DNA of 51,707 nt from a virus (IMGVR_UViG_3300037155_000078:1-51707); one strand, 5' to 3'. Shown: positions 16,673 to 26,171, counted from the first letter of the stretch. Notes: generated by a model from the sequence alone, not told the origin. Made by a program: numbers and translations.

Positions 16673-17010
16673 ATGAAGACGACCCCGCCGCTGTCCACTC
16701 CGGTTTGCGACGAAGCGCGTACCCTACCGACGTTCAAGCAACGGCTGAAGCATTACCGGACCTGCAGCGATCCACGATGCAAGGCGCGCAGCGCAGCAGC
16801 GTCCGAAGTAGGGCGCATGATAGCGCGCGACAATCGGGCACTGCGATGAAGGCGACCTGCCAGCGATCGCGCATCGGCCCGAAGCGTTGCCGGCGCAAGG
16901 CGTCGGTCACGCGCCAAACGTCGGGCGGATTACGGATCGCGCTCTGCGAGGCATGCGACAAGAAGCACGGCTGGATAGTTGGAAGGAACGACCAAAGTGG
17001 CGGACACTAA
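16673..17010 (+). CDS. Two small Cys-containing proteins (16673..16849 and 16846..17010)
   Basis: ATGA-coupled pair directly after the promoter. Confidence 0.55.
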
Positions 17011-17833
17011 AAAGCGGCCAGCATATCAAGCGCTCCTCTCATTAGATGAGAACAATACCGTCAAGAATCAGTTCGGCTGGCTTCCCGTAAGCGTCTATAA
17101 GCCTGGGCACGCTGCGGCGTGGAAAGACATTATCGGCGACGAAGGAGACCAAACCACACGACGCAGCGCCGAGTCGAAATATCTGCCTGGGCTACGGTTC
17201 AGCCAATTCCACCCTGACTTAGCCGAAATCGTGGTTCGCTATTGGAGCCTCCCCGGGGACCTCGTTTGTGACCCATTCGCTGGCCGAGCGACGCGAGGCA
17301 TCGTGGCGTTGACATTGGAGCGGAGATACCTAGGCTTTGAGGTCGCTCCGTCAACCTTCTCTCAAACGGCAGCCAAGATCGAGGCGCTTGGCGGCAGGCT
17401 CGTCAATGCCGATGGTTGCCGAATGGCGGATGCATTGGATTGCAGTGCCGACTTGGTTTTTTCGTGCCCGCCGTATTTCAATATCGAAAAATATGAAAGC
17501 GCGCCAGGGCAATTATCCGACCTGCCCACTTACGAGGCGTTTGTCGCTCGAATGGGAGTAGCCGCGCAGAATGCCGCGCGCGTTCTAAAGCCTGGGAAGT
17601 TTCTGTGTTGGGTTGTTGGGGATTTTCGCACGGGTGGAAGCCTGCGCGTATTTCATGCTGATACGATCCGCATGTTCGAGGCCGCTGGTTTGAACACGCA
17701 CGACATCGTAATCATCCACAATAATAGCCCCTTCGCGCCCTTGCAGGCCGGGAAGGTTGCGGCGAAGCGGTACACGGCCAAAGTTCACGAGTACCTTTTG
17801 GTATTTCGTAAACCGGAATCAAAAGCGTCATGA
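16997..17833 (+). CDS. N6/N4 DNA methyltransferase
   Basis: DPFAGRATRG, FSCPPYF, HEYLLVFRKP; GTG 16997 with GGAAGG RBS. Confidence 0.9.
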   Translation: MADTKKRPAYQALLSLDENNTVKNQFGWLPVSVYKPGHAAAWKDIIGDEGDQTTRRSAESKYLPGLRFSQFHPDLAEIVVRYWSLPGDLVCDPFAGRATRGIVALTLERRYLGFEVAPSTFSQTAAKIEALGGRLVNADGCRMADALDCSADLVFSCPPYFNIEKYESAPGQLSDLPTYEAFVARMGVAAQNAARVLKPGKFLCWVVGDFRTGGSLRVFHADTIRMFEAAGLNTHDIVIIHNNSPFAPLQAGKVAAKRYTAKVHEYLLVFRKPESKAS

Positions 17834-19081
17834 CCTCAACCGAGCGAAGCCGCAAGCGGCGCGCAATACTCAAGCAGAAGCACCGCTGCCTGTGCGGCGC
17901 GAAGCCGAAGCGCGGGCTCAAGACCTGCGCCGGCTGCCTTAAACGCGGAGGCGAGCGCGTGAAAGCCTGGCGCGCAGCGCAGCGGGTCGCATGAGCGGCA
18001 AGACGCCGATCGACGCCTGCCCGGTCCCCGAGGGCTGGGCTGTTGAAGATATTGACCAAACCGAGGACCGCGATTCGATCCGACTCGCTCTCCACCCGCC
18101 GATTGACGGCTGCTGCCCACCGGACACTCTGCGAAGGTCGCCGGTGGGAGCGGACGGAGTAGCCAAACGCGACGAGGCGACGCAATGCGCGGCCGGTGCA
18201 ACCAAGACGTGCGGGCTGCACCCCACCCTAACCTTCAGGAAAGCAGGAACGCATGAACAAGCAAGAAGCCGAAAGCCTAGCCGCAACGCTCAACGCAAAC
18301 GGCGTACAGCCCTGGCAAGATGACAAGAACGAACTCGACCACTGCCACCTTGTCTCCAAGAACTACGACCCGGACGGGGACGCGCGATACCTAGTGCGCT
18401 GGCACGATACTTTCGATCGCTGGGAGGCGGGCGTATGAGTACGACGTCGCTCCTTTACGACGCGCACCGCGCAGCGGACGGCAACCTCGCCGCCGCCGGC
18501 AGATATCTGCTCGAGGTCAACACCGTCGACGCGCACGCCGCGATCCACGTGCTCGACGTGCGCCTGAACAAAGCGCTCGAGCGCCGACCCGGCTCGGTCG
18601 AGACCGGCCGCTTCACGATGGGTCGAAGCGGCTTAGTCGAGATCGAAACGATCGAATGCCCGCACGATCGCGGGACGCTCGAGACGGAAGTCTGGATGGC
18701 GATGTACCCGAACGAGACGCCGCACTGCCAACGCTGCCGAAAAGACATGCCTGCAATGAGGCTGGCACCGTGAGCGCGCTCGTCCACCCCGGCAAGCATC
18801 CGACCTTCCCATTTTTCTGGAGCTGCCCCGCGTACGAATGCAGAGTCGAACGGCGCGCTCCTCGTGTACGCGATCGCGATCTGGATCCTCGGAGAGATGC
18901 TGCAGTGACAACTCGAGAATATGCCACAGTGATGGCGGAGGCTGCTGAAAAATCGGGCGCGACTGACGCCGAGATATTGAAGGCCGCGCAATTCATTCTG
19001 GATTTCGCGACCGCCGTCTACGAGCGCCAACTCCTCGAAAGCGTGGTCGGCCCGCACCTGGCACAGAGGCTGCTACCGTGA
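17830..19081 (+). other. Run of about six small coupled hypothetical genes
   Basis: ORFs at 17830, 17991, 18253, 18435, 18770 and 18905, mostly with ATGA/GTGA overlaps; several have Cys pairs. Confidence 0.5.
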
Positions 19082-19284
19082 GCGGCGGAAGGAAGCCGGG
19101 CATGATCATCATCGATGATCCAGTCCCGACCGACGAGCGCGCGACCGCGGAAAAGCGCGCGAAAGTGCGTGCTTGGTACGAACGAGCCAAGGTGTTCTTC
19201 CCCGAGTTGCATCACGTGGCGCAGCTACCGTGGCATAACGAGGACTTGCTCGAGCGGCTCGGACGCGACGAGAACGACGCGTGA
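19078..19284 (+). CDS. 68-aa protein resembling the TerL Walker B-to-coupling-motif segment
   Basis: IIIDDP..KVRAWY..WHNEDLLERL versus TerL FIIDDP..TAWNWY..WNSDDLAGRL; GTGA coupling at both ends. Confidence 0.7.
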   Translation: MSGGRKPGMIIIDDPVPTDERATAEKRAKVRAWYERAKVFFPELHHVAQLPWHNEDLLERLGRDENDA

Positions 19285-19811
19285 AGGAAACGATGGAAGT
19301 CCTGCGCGTTCGGATCGTCGGTGGTCCGAAGGACGGCGTCGCGTTGAATTGGGTCGGCCCGCTGAAGTCGACGATCTCCTTCGCCGAACCTGGCGGTCGC
19401 GTCTTCGAGTATGCGATGGAAGCAACCAAGGCCGGCGTCGTCGCGCGTTACCTGAGCGGGCCGCCAGGCCACGAGCCTCCTCCGCTGCAACTCGACCTCA
19501 TGACGCCGCTCGGCCCGGCGCCGGCGCGACGTCTGCCGCTCGACGAACGCTTCCGTCGCTTTCACGCCGTGAACCCAAGCGTGTACCGGAACCTGGTCAC
19601 GCTCGCGCGTCGTGCGCTCGCCGCCGGCCGCGAGCGAATCGGCATTAAGCAGCTGTGGGAAGTGCTGCGCTGGGAGTATTCGCTCGCGGTCAACAGCGCT
19701 GACGAGTTTACCTTGAATAATGATTTTACGTCTCGATATGCGAGGCTTATCATGGACAGCGAGCCGGACCTCGCGCAGATGTTCGAGACGAGAAAGTTGC
19801 GCGCAGCATGA
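19281..19811 (+). CDS. Conserved phage hypothetical protein
   Basis: FHAVNPSVY, IKQLWEVLRW, LNNDFTSRYAR. Confidence 0.75.
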   Translation: MKETMEVLRVRIVGGPKDGVALNWVGPLKSTISFAEPGGRVFEYAMEATKAGVVARYLSGPPGHEPPPLQLDLMTPLGPAPARRLPLDERFRRFHAVNPSVYRNLVTLARRALAAGRERIGIKQLWEVLRWEYSLAVNSADEFTLNNDFTSRYARLIMDSEPDLAQMFETRKLRAA

Positions 19812-20137
19812 GCCGGCCGCCCGACGCTGTCAAAGAAAAGCTGCGCGGATTCTTCCCGAGCAACGGTACCGAAGGCGACATGTTTCGAGAGCAATTCTGC
19901 GAACGCTGCATCTATTGGAACCAAACCAAAGACGAAGCCAGCGGCGAGGACGTCGGATGCCCGATTTGGGATTCAGCGTTATGGTTCGGATCGCATGACA
20001 ACCCGCCGAGCCAATGGGTCGAGGACAAGAGCGGACTCTCCGGGAGCTGCGCAATGTTTCAGGAGGCGAGCAAGAGTTACGCGGTCCGCGCGGAACGCGA
20101 GCGGCTCGCGTACGAACGAGTAATGCGCGGCGAATGA
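19808..20137 (+). CDS. Cys-rich phage hypothetical protein
   Basis: SNGTEGDMF...CERC...GCPI. Confidence 0.7.
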   Translation: MSRPPDAVKEKLRGFFPSNGTEGDMFREQFCERCIYWNQTKDEASGEDVGCPIWDSALWFGSHDNPPSQWVEDKSGLSGSCAMFQEASKSYAVRAERERLAYERVMRGE

Positions 20138-21066
20138 GCGACCCCGAATACGTCGGCCGCTGCTTCGCGAAGTCCTGCGAGAGCATGGACGAGATCCCCG
20201 ATGGCGCGATCCAAACCTGCGTGACCTCGCCGCCGTATTTCGGCCTGCGCGACTACGGCGTTGAAGGGCAGATTGGACTTGAGGCGAGCGTGGGCGAGTA
20301 CGTCGAGCGCCTGGTGGGCGTGTTCCGCGAGGTGCGGCGGGTTCTCCGGGACGACGGGACCCTCTGGCTTAACCTGGGGGATTCCTACGCCTCGGCGTTT
20401 TCCTGCGCTCGAAGAAACGTCGTCGGTAACGGCAGCCCTGCGCCCGAGGTAGAGCGCCCCAACAGGCTTGAAGGCGGCAGGCTAAAAGAAAAGGACCTCA
20501 TCGGAGTTCCGTGGTCGGTTGCGTTCGCGCTCAGGGCGGACGGATGGTGGCTGCGCGACGCGATCGTGTGGCACAAGCCGAACCCGATGCCGTCTAGCGT
20601 CGAGGACCGATGCACTGCGTCTTACGAGTTTGTTTTCATGCTGGCTAAGTCGGCGCGGTATTTTTCCGATATGGACGCGGTTCGTGAGGACCCGAAGCCC
20701 TGGAACGAAGGACGCATGAGCGCGCCTGCCCTAAGCGGCTCGGCTCGGGAAACAAACTCGGATGGCTATAAACAGCGCACGGTCCAATACGAGGAAGTCA
20801 AGGGGGCCAACCGCCGCAACGTCTGGACGATAGGCTCAGAGCCATACGCCGACGCGCACTTCGCGACGTTCCCGATAGAGTTGCCCTCGCGCTGCATCCG
20901 CATCGGCTCGCGCCCAGGCGACGTTGTGCTCGACCCGTTCGCGGGCTCAGGCACCACCTTCCAGGCCGCCGAGGCGATCGGCCGGCGTTGGACCGGCTAC
21001 GAGCTGAACCCCGAATATCACGCGCTCATCGCCGAACGCACGCGCCAGGCCGGGCTGTTTTCGTGA
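20134..21066 (+). CDS. N4/N6 DNA methyltransferase (beta class)
   Basis: TSPPYFGLRDYG, WHKPNPMP, HFATFP, LDPFAGSGTT. Confidence 0.93.
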   Translation: MSDPEYVGRCFAKSCESMDEIPDGAIQTCVTSPPYFGLRDYGVEGQIGLEASVGEYVERLVGVFREVRRVLRDDGTLWLNLGDSYASAFSCARRNVVGNGSPAPEVERPNRLEGGRLKEKDLIGVPWSVAFALRADGWWLRDAIVWHKPNPMPSSVEDRCTASYEFVFMLAKSARYFSDMDAVREDPKPWNEGRMSAPALSGSARETNSDGYKQRTVQYEEVKGANRRNVWTIGSEPYADAHFATFPIELPSRCIRIGSRPGDVVLDPFAGSGTTFQAAEAIGRRWTGYELNPEYHALIAERTRQAGLFS

Positions 21067-21341
21067 AGCGCGCAGCGACGCCCAAGCCCTTCTCGCCGTA
21101 CATCCAGCTCTGCCGAAAGTGTCGCGAGCGCACGTTCTGGGCGAAGGTGTCGCCGAGCCTCGCGCTCGTGCTGCTCGAGCGCGATCCCAATCCGTACGGA
21201 ACGTACACCGTCGCGAGAATGGAGCGGCGCACGCCGATCGTCATGTGGGCGTACGCTGGCGCACCGTACGAGGCCGCACCGGAGGGCGAGACGAGGCCGC
21301 GCTACAGCGCACACCTCGGCCGCTGCCCGGGACCGCGGTGA
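21063..21341 (+). CDS. Zn-binding hypothetical protein
   Basis: CRKC...H..RCP; GTGA coupling. Confidence 0.6.
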   Translation: MKRAATPKPFSPYIQLCRKCRERTFWAKVSPSLALVLLERDPNPYGTYTVARMERRTPIVMWAYAGAPYEAAPEGETRPRYSAHLGRCPGPR

Positions 21342-21685
21342 TTCGCGTCGGCAACGTCAAGAAGGAACCCGGCGTCTACATCGGCCGGTTCGTCCGGCGC
21401 TACAATCTCCGAGCCTCCCCGCTCCACAACCCCTTCCGAATCGGGCGCAACCGGGACGGCCGGACGCTGAATCGGACGGAAGCCATCGCCGAGTTCGAGC
21501 GCATCTTCAGGGCCGAGGTTCGGGTCGGATGCTTGGGAGAGGAGGCGCAACGCTTACTCGGCGACCTCGTGCGGCGCGAGCGCGCCGGCGAGGAGATCGT
21601 GCTCGTCTGTTGGTGCGCCCCGCTCGTTTGTCACGGCGACGTCGTCGCGGCGGTCGTTCGCGAACTCGCGCGACGTTCCACGTGA
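21338..21685 (+). CDS. DUF4326 family protein
   Basis: VYIGR, SPLHNPF, LVCWCAP..CHGDV. Confidence 0.88.
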   Translation: MIRVGNVKKEPGVYIGRFVRRYNLRASPLHNPFRIGRNRDGRTLNRTEAIAEFERIFRAEVRVGCLGEEAQRLLGDLVRRERAGEEIVLVCWCAPLVCHGDVVAAVVRELARRST

Positions 21686-21739
21686 CGATCGCTTAAGCAC
21701 CCCCAGGATTCGGCTCGGGTAGCGCCCAAGCGTCCGTCT

Positions 21740-21786
21740 GTGAGTCCGGTTCTTGTCTCGCGGCAAACACCGGGCTCGCGCTTTTT
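21740..21786 (+). terminator. Putative intrinsic terminator
   Basis: GTGAGTCCGGT/ACCGGGCTCGC stem followed by T5. Confidence 0.45.
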
Positions 21787-21824
21787 CCCAGGCGGGCTTT
21801 GGGGGCGTCCTGGGCGCGTAGCGA

Positions 21825-22133
21825 GTGAACCCCGACGCCGGCGACTATCCGGCCATCCGGCGGCGCCGAGCGCCCCAGGGGCCAGGAAACGGCCCGGTCG
21901 AAACCTGGCCCACGATGAATGCCGGCATGAGACGCCCACGATCATGCTGGAACGCGGACGGCTCGCGCAAGCGCGGGTGGCCGCACAAGGCCGACGCCAA
22001 GCGCGCCGCGCTCAAGCATCAGAACGTCTACCGCTGCGCGCTGCATGGCGCGCTGGTCTGGCACGTTGGCGGCCAGCGACGCAAAAGGACCGGCCACCCG
22101 AAAGTGAGCCGGTCCCCTCGCACTCTCCCCTGA
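21825..22133 (+). CDS. Small basic hypothetical protein (last early gene)
   Basis: C..RK...YRC..H..WH pattern; start uncertain. Confidence 0.55.
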   Translation: MNPDAGDYPAIRRRRAPQGPGNGPVETWPTMNAGMRRPRSCWNADGSRKRGWPHKADAKRAALKHQNVYRCALHGALVWHVGGQRRKRTGHPKVSRSPRTLP

Positions 22134-22152
22134 CGGGAAGGTCTTCGGGCGG

Positions 22153-22491
22153 TTAGGCCCCGGCCGCGACGGCCGCGGATGCTGCTGGCACCGACGGTGC
22201 GGCGGTCGGGTTGACTGCGGCGAGAGCGGTCGCAAGACCGGCGCTGGCGCTCGCCACTTGCGCATCCTCGGCCGAGAAGTCGGATCCGGCCGGCGCCACG
22301 GCTTCGAGCGCGGTGAACTTCGCCTGGGCGGCGGTGACGTACGCGGTTTGTGCCTTCAGGAGGGCGTCGAGGTCCTGATCGAAGGTTGCCTGGGTTACAG
22401 CCATAGTGGTGATCGCTTTCTGCAGAAAGTGGTGAGAGGTGGCGATCGCGAGCAGCACGACGCCGCAGGCGATCCAGACCGTTTCATTCAT
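22153..22491 (-). CDS. Membrane-anchored Ala-rich protein (possibly spanin-like)
   Basis: N-terminal TM helix then coiled coil; end of lysis block. Confidence 0.6.
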   Translation of the reverse strand: MNETVWIACGVVLLAIATSHHFLQKAITTMAVTQATFDQDLDALLKAQTAYVTAAQAKFTALEAVAPAGSDFSAEDAQVASASAGLATALAAVNPTAAPSVPAASAAVAAGA

Positions 22492-23306
22492 TGTACCCCA
22501 CCTTTGAATCCTCGCTGCGCGCCGGACCACGCCCAATCGAACGTGGCCGGCAACCCGGCGATGTTCTTGGCGGGCCGCCGGTTTCTTGCCGAGGCGCTCA
22601 TTTTAGCGCGAGTTTCGGCTGAAGCCTTTGAACCGAGGCGACTGGTATTGCGTAGTGCGGCCGCCCTCATGTTGGCTCGCGCTTCCGACGAAACGAGTCT
22701 GCCGCGTTGCGCTTGGCTCATCCTGGCACGGCTTTCAGGTGACGCCTTTTTACCAAGGTTCCCTCTTCGTATTTTCTCCTTAGTTTCAGGCGTATGCGCT
22801 TTCCCTAACCGATAGGAGTTGCCTAGGCTCGCCTTGCCAATTTTGGCTTTAGCGGCGTCGCCGTGCCTGTACCCGGACTTCCTATTGGCATGTTTATACC
22901 CAAGAGAATTCCGGTTCCCAATTCTAGCAACGCTCATCCTAGCGCAAGTCTCAGCACTGAGCTTTTTACCGATTTTCGCCGCTCGCATTTTTATCTTCGC
23001 GGCATCGCTATGTCGGTATCCTAATTGACTTCCAGCGCTCGGCGCGATGTTGTAACCGGGCTTGCGCGCATCCAGCCAGTGCTGCTCGCGCTCGATTAGC
23101 TTGGCGGTGTCGCTAATCTCTTCCAGAATCTCGAATACAAAAGAATCTGCGCCGTACTTCAACCAAGCGCGTTGCAAGTAGCGGCTATGATGACGCCCGC
23201 AACCTAGCGTGCGGCGATGCTCACGAAAGCGCTTCTTGAATAAAGCGGCGCTGCCGATGTACTCAACGCCATTCACAAGATTACGAATCCGATAGACGCC
23301 TCCCAC
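22488..23306 (-). CDS. GIY-YIG homing endonuclease with NUMOD3-like repeats
   Basis: GVYRIRN..YIGSA..RFREH, EREQHW; repeated H(S/T)xE(T)KxK(I/M)S; GTG 23306; lower GC. Confidence 0.93.
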   Translation of the reverse strand: MGGVYRIRNLVNGVEYIGSAALFKKRFREHRRTLGCGRHHSRYLQRAWLKYGADSFVFEILEEISDTAKLIEREQHWLDARKPGYNIAPSAGSQLGYRHSDAAKIKMRAAKIGKKLSAETCARMSVARIGNRNSLGYKHANRKSGYRHGDAAKAKIGKASLGNSYRLGKAHTPETKEKIRRGNLGKKASPESRARMSQAQRGRLVSSEARANMRAAALRNTSRLGSKASAETRAKMSASARNRRPAKNIAGLPATFDWAWSGAQRGFKGGVQ

Positions 23307-23308
23307 GG

Positions 23309-23599
23309 CTACTTGAAGCCCTTCTGTGCGCCGTTCCAAAACCAATCAAAAACCGCTGGCAGGCCAGCAGTCAGGTTTTTGGCGGTGTCGCTCACCTCTT
23401 GGTTCAAGTTTCCCCGCGCCATCCGCTCGAACAGCGTCGCGTGCGGGGTCGAGCCTTCGGCGACGCGGTCGACCAGCGCAATCACGATCGTCGCGTTGCG
23501 AACGAACCAGGCTTTGAAGAGAGCCGCGTCGCCGGAGGCGGTAAGCTGCGCCGCGCCGACCGCGATCGCGGTCGACGCGGCTTCGAGTATCCGCAGCAT
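23309..23599 (-). CDS. Hypothetical protein (host gene of the GIY-YIG insertion)
   Basis: Its C-terminus is duplicated at the end of the GIY-YIG ORF. Confidence 0.7.
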   Translation of the reverse strand: MLRILEAASTAIAVGAAQLTASGDAALFKAWFVRNATIVIALVDRVAEGSTPHATLFERMARGNLNQEVSDTAKNLTAGLPAVFDWFWNGAQKGFK

Positions 23600-23608
23600 T
23601 GAGGCGCG

Positions 23609-23941
23609 CTAGGCGCCGGCGGCTAGCGTTGGCGCGCTCGGCGCGCTGGCACCGGAAATGAGTCCGGGAAGCATCGCCGCGATTGGCGGCGGGGCCGAGA
23701 TCGGGGCCGAGTGCGCCGTGATCGAAACGGTCACATCGCCGACCTGGATGGCGCCGGTCTTACCGCTGAGCGCAGCGAGTCCCGCCTGCAGGATCATGTT
23801 GAACGTGAGGTGCGTCGGCGCTCCGGTTGTCGTCGCGGCCGTGATGTCGACGGGGCCGAGGCGAATGGTCAGCGCGTGGCTGAAAAACGCGCCAACCGCG
23901 GCGGAGATGACGAGTGACCAGTTGATGGATTGAAGGTTCAT
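23609..23941 (-). CDS. Hypothetical protein with hydrophobic N-terminus
   Basis: Coupled to a 53-aa ORF at 23938..24099, which has an AAGGAG RBS. Confidence 0.65.
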   Translation of the reverse strand: MNLQSINWSLVISAAVGAFFSHALTIRLGPVDITAATTTGAPTHLTFNMILQAGLAALSGKTGAIQVGDVTVSITAHSAPISAPPPIAAMLPGLISGASAPSAPTLAAGA

Positions 23942-24112
23942 TTCGGTTTCGTTTCCACCGCCGAAGCGGCAGGAGAGGGTGCGGATGCCGATGCTTCGAC
24001 GATTTTCTGCGCGGAGTCGGCCGCTTCGATTGAAGCGCGCCGGCCACCGAAACGCGCATCGAGCGCGGCCTGGACGGGATTGAGATTGGGCTGTGGCATG
24101 AGGATTCTCCTT

Positions 24113-24823
24113 TTACTTACCCACTATTGCGGACTGAACGATCGGATGCGACAAAACATAGGTGACGACGACGGCGCCGATTGCGATGAGGCTCGTGATC
24201 ATCCAGCGACCGCCCTGGACGTTCGAGGTTTTTTCGACCTGCTCTCCCTGCCGATTGAACAAAACGTAGGTCAACACCACCGCGCCAAGAGCGATCGCGG
24301 ACGTGAGCAGCCATTGGCTGTCGCCGCGCCCCTCGGTTCGTTGCGCCGCTTGCCCCTGCTGCGTAAACTGAGCTGCGCGCAGCGCTTCGATCGCCGTCGT
24401 GATCGGCTGCAGTTGCGTCGCCAAGGTCTGCTGCAGCGTGCTGGCCGTCGTTGCAACGAGACCACGCAGCGTATCGGCGGCAACCGTAGCCTGAGTCGCG
24501 AGCGCCTGTTGCGCAGTCGCCAGCACGTCGGCCGCGCGCGCCGCCGTGCCAACGTCAACGGAGCGAATGGCATCGATGCGCGCGCTTTCAGCGGAACCGA
24601 GTTCCTTTTGGTGCCCCGCGAGCGTAACGATGAACCCGACGATCCCCGCGACCACGACCGAGCCCATGCGCAACATCCACCGGGCCTCGAGCTCGCGCAG
24701 ATCGTCTTGCCGCGCGAGCCCGGCTTCATTCAGCGCCTTGACATTGACGGACGGATCGACCACCTCGCGACCCTGCAAGTCCACGCCGGGGCCAGGGCGG
24801 CCTCCGTTTCCCCGATTCGCCAT
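24113..24823 (-). CDS. Membrane protein with coiled coil (lysis block)
   Basis: Three TM segments around a Q/A/T-rich coil. Confidence 0.7.
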   Translation of the reverse strand: MANRGNGGRPGPGVDLQGREVVDPSVNVKALNEAGLARQDDLRELEARWMLRMGSVVVAGIVGFIVTLAGHQKELGSAESARIDAIRSVDVGTAARAADVLATAQQALATQATVAADTLRGLVATTASTLQQTLATQLQPITTAIEALRAAQFTQQGQAAQRTEGRGDSQWLLTSAIALGAVVLTYVLFNRQGEQVEKTSNVQGGRWMITSLIAIGAVVVTYVLSHPIVQSAIVGK

Positions 24824-24826
24824 CGG

Positions 24827-25168
24827 CTACTGTCCGGATGCCACGAGCGTCGCGGTAGCAGTGTGCGGCGACGGCGGCTGGGTTGTCGGCTGAAGAACGG
24901 CCGAGCCGCCGCCCTCGAGCGGAACCGTATTCTGAGATCGACTTCTGGCTTCAGCGCCACGCGCATAGGGACCAATACCGAATACGAGCGCAACGAACAC
25001 CGAGAAACTCGACGCCTCAAGAAATGCGAAGAACGTCTGCCATCCGTGAATCTGTCCCTGAGTCACGCCCCACGTGACAGCGAAAACAAGAATCGACCAC
25101 AGCGCGTACAGTTGCGAGACGAGCCAGGCTTTGATCGCGGCCCAGCTGGCCGGGCTTACCTTCGTCAT
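24827..25168 (-). CDS. Putative holin
   Basis: Two TM helices, directly after the endolysin, AAGGA RBS. Confidence 0.65.
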   Translation of the reverse strand: MTKVSPASWAAIKAWLVSQLYALWSILVFAVTWGVTQGQIHGWQTFFAFLEASSFSVFVALVFGIGPYARGAEARSRSQNTVPLEGGGSAVLQPTTQPPSPHTATATLVASGQ

Positions 25169-25187
25169 AGGGTGTGGTCCTTCGTGA

Positions 25188-25739
25188 CTAGGGCTTCCAG
25201 GTACTCCAATCGACAGGGACGCCTTGCGTCGCGGCCGTGAAGTTCACGAAACGGGTGAACACGTCGAGGCCGTAGTCGTGATCGGTCGTCCAGGCATCCG
25301 GCGATATGCCAGCGGCGATCTCGCGAGCAACCGCTCCGCCACCCAAGTTATAGGCTGCGAACGCGGCTACGTGCGAGCTCGGGAACTGCTCGAGCACGCC
25401 CTCGAGGAACTCGTGCGCGGCGACCCGCGCGTTCACCATGACGTCGGTGAGGTCACCGTAATTCGGGAACGTCGGATGGGCAAGATCCGTCCAGTCGACG
25501 CCGCTTGTGATCTGCCACGGCCCGACGCCGCAACCCGGCCCGCGGGGGACGCCGAGCTGGAAGATATTCTGGCCGTTGGTTTCCCGGTCTGCGACGGCCG
25601 CCATGATGCACGGCGTGACGAGCCTCGTCTCGCTTGCGACATTGAAGGCGGAGACGAGGGCCATGAGCGCAGGCCGCCACGGCACGTGGAACGCAGGTCG
25701 GGCTTGTGCGTCGGCTGCGACGATCTCAGTAACGGTCAT
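25188..25739 (-). CDS. Endolysin, lysozyme/SLT-like fold
   Basis: DRET (catalytic Glu), GPWQI, AAYNLG; ATGA-coupled start 25739. Confidence 0.8.
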   Translation of the reverse strand: MTVTEIVAADAQARPAFHVPWRPALMALVSAFNVASETRLVTPCIMAAVADRETNGQNIFQLGVPRGPGCGVGPWQITSGVDWTDLAHPTFPNYGDLTDVMVNARVAAHEFLEGVLEQFPSSHVAAFAAYNLGGGAVAREIAAGISPDAWTTDHDYGLDVFTRFVNFTAATQGVPVDWSTWKP

Positions 25740-26155
25740 AGCTTCGTTACTTTCGTCGGAGCATCGACGCGCCAGCGATCGCGGACGCAGGTTACGACGA
25801 CCGGGTACACCGGCGCCTCGGGCTTCCCGCTCAGGGCAATGGATGAGATTTTGTCGTTCGCCTTGCAATACGGTGCGAACACCGCGAATAGCAGGTTCGT
25901 TAATACCGCCTGCTGCGTTTGGAGTCGGTACGCGATCTCGGCCTCACTCGGCGGCGGAAGTGTCGGCATAGGGAGAGGGCTCCACGCTGCGCGAGGCGTT
26001 GCGCTCGGGGATGGAGTTGGGAGCGGCATCCTGTTTGTGAACGGGCTGAGAGCAGGCGCAGGAGTTGGGCTCGCCGTTTGCGCGATTCCCGGAACCGCCT
26101 GGAAGATCGCCATAACAGCGATGACGATGAGCAGAACGAACTTATCGAAGCGCAC
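25736..26155 (-). CDS. Secreted Pro-rich protein
   Basis: Signal peptide then SPTPAP..PTPSPSATP. Confidence 0.7.
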   Translation of the reverse strand: MRFDKFVLLIVIAVMAIFQAVPGIAQTASPTPAPALSPFTNRMPLPTPSPSATPRAAWSPLPMPTLPPPSEAEIAYRLQTQQAVLTNLLFAVFAPYCKANDKISSIALSGKPEAPVYPVVVTCVRDRWRVDAPTKVTKL

Positions 26156-26171
26156 TAGGAGCCTTCCTTTC

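Noticed and set aside
22488-23306. Group I intron around the GIY-YIG gene
   Set aside because: No non-coding space for an intron core; the ORF starts 2 nt after the upstream stop and the flank is duplicated rather than split
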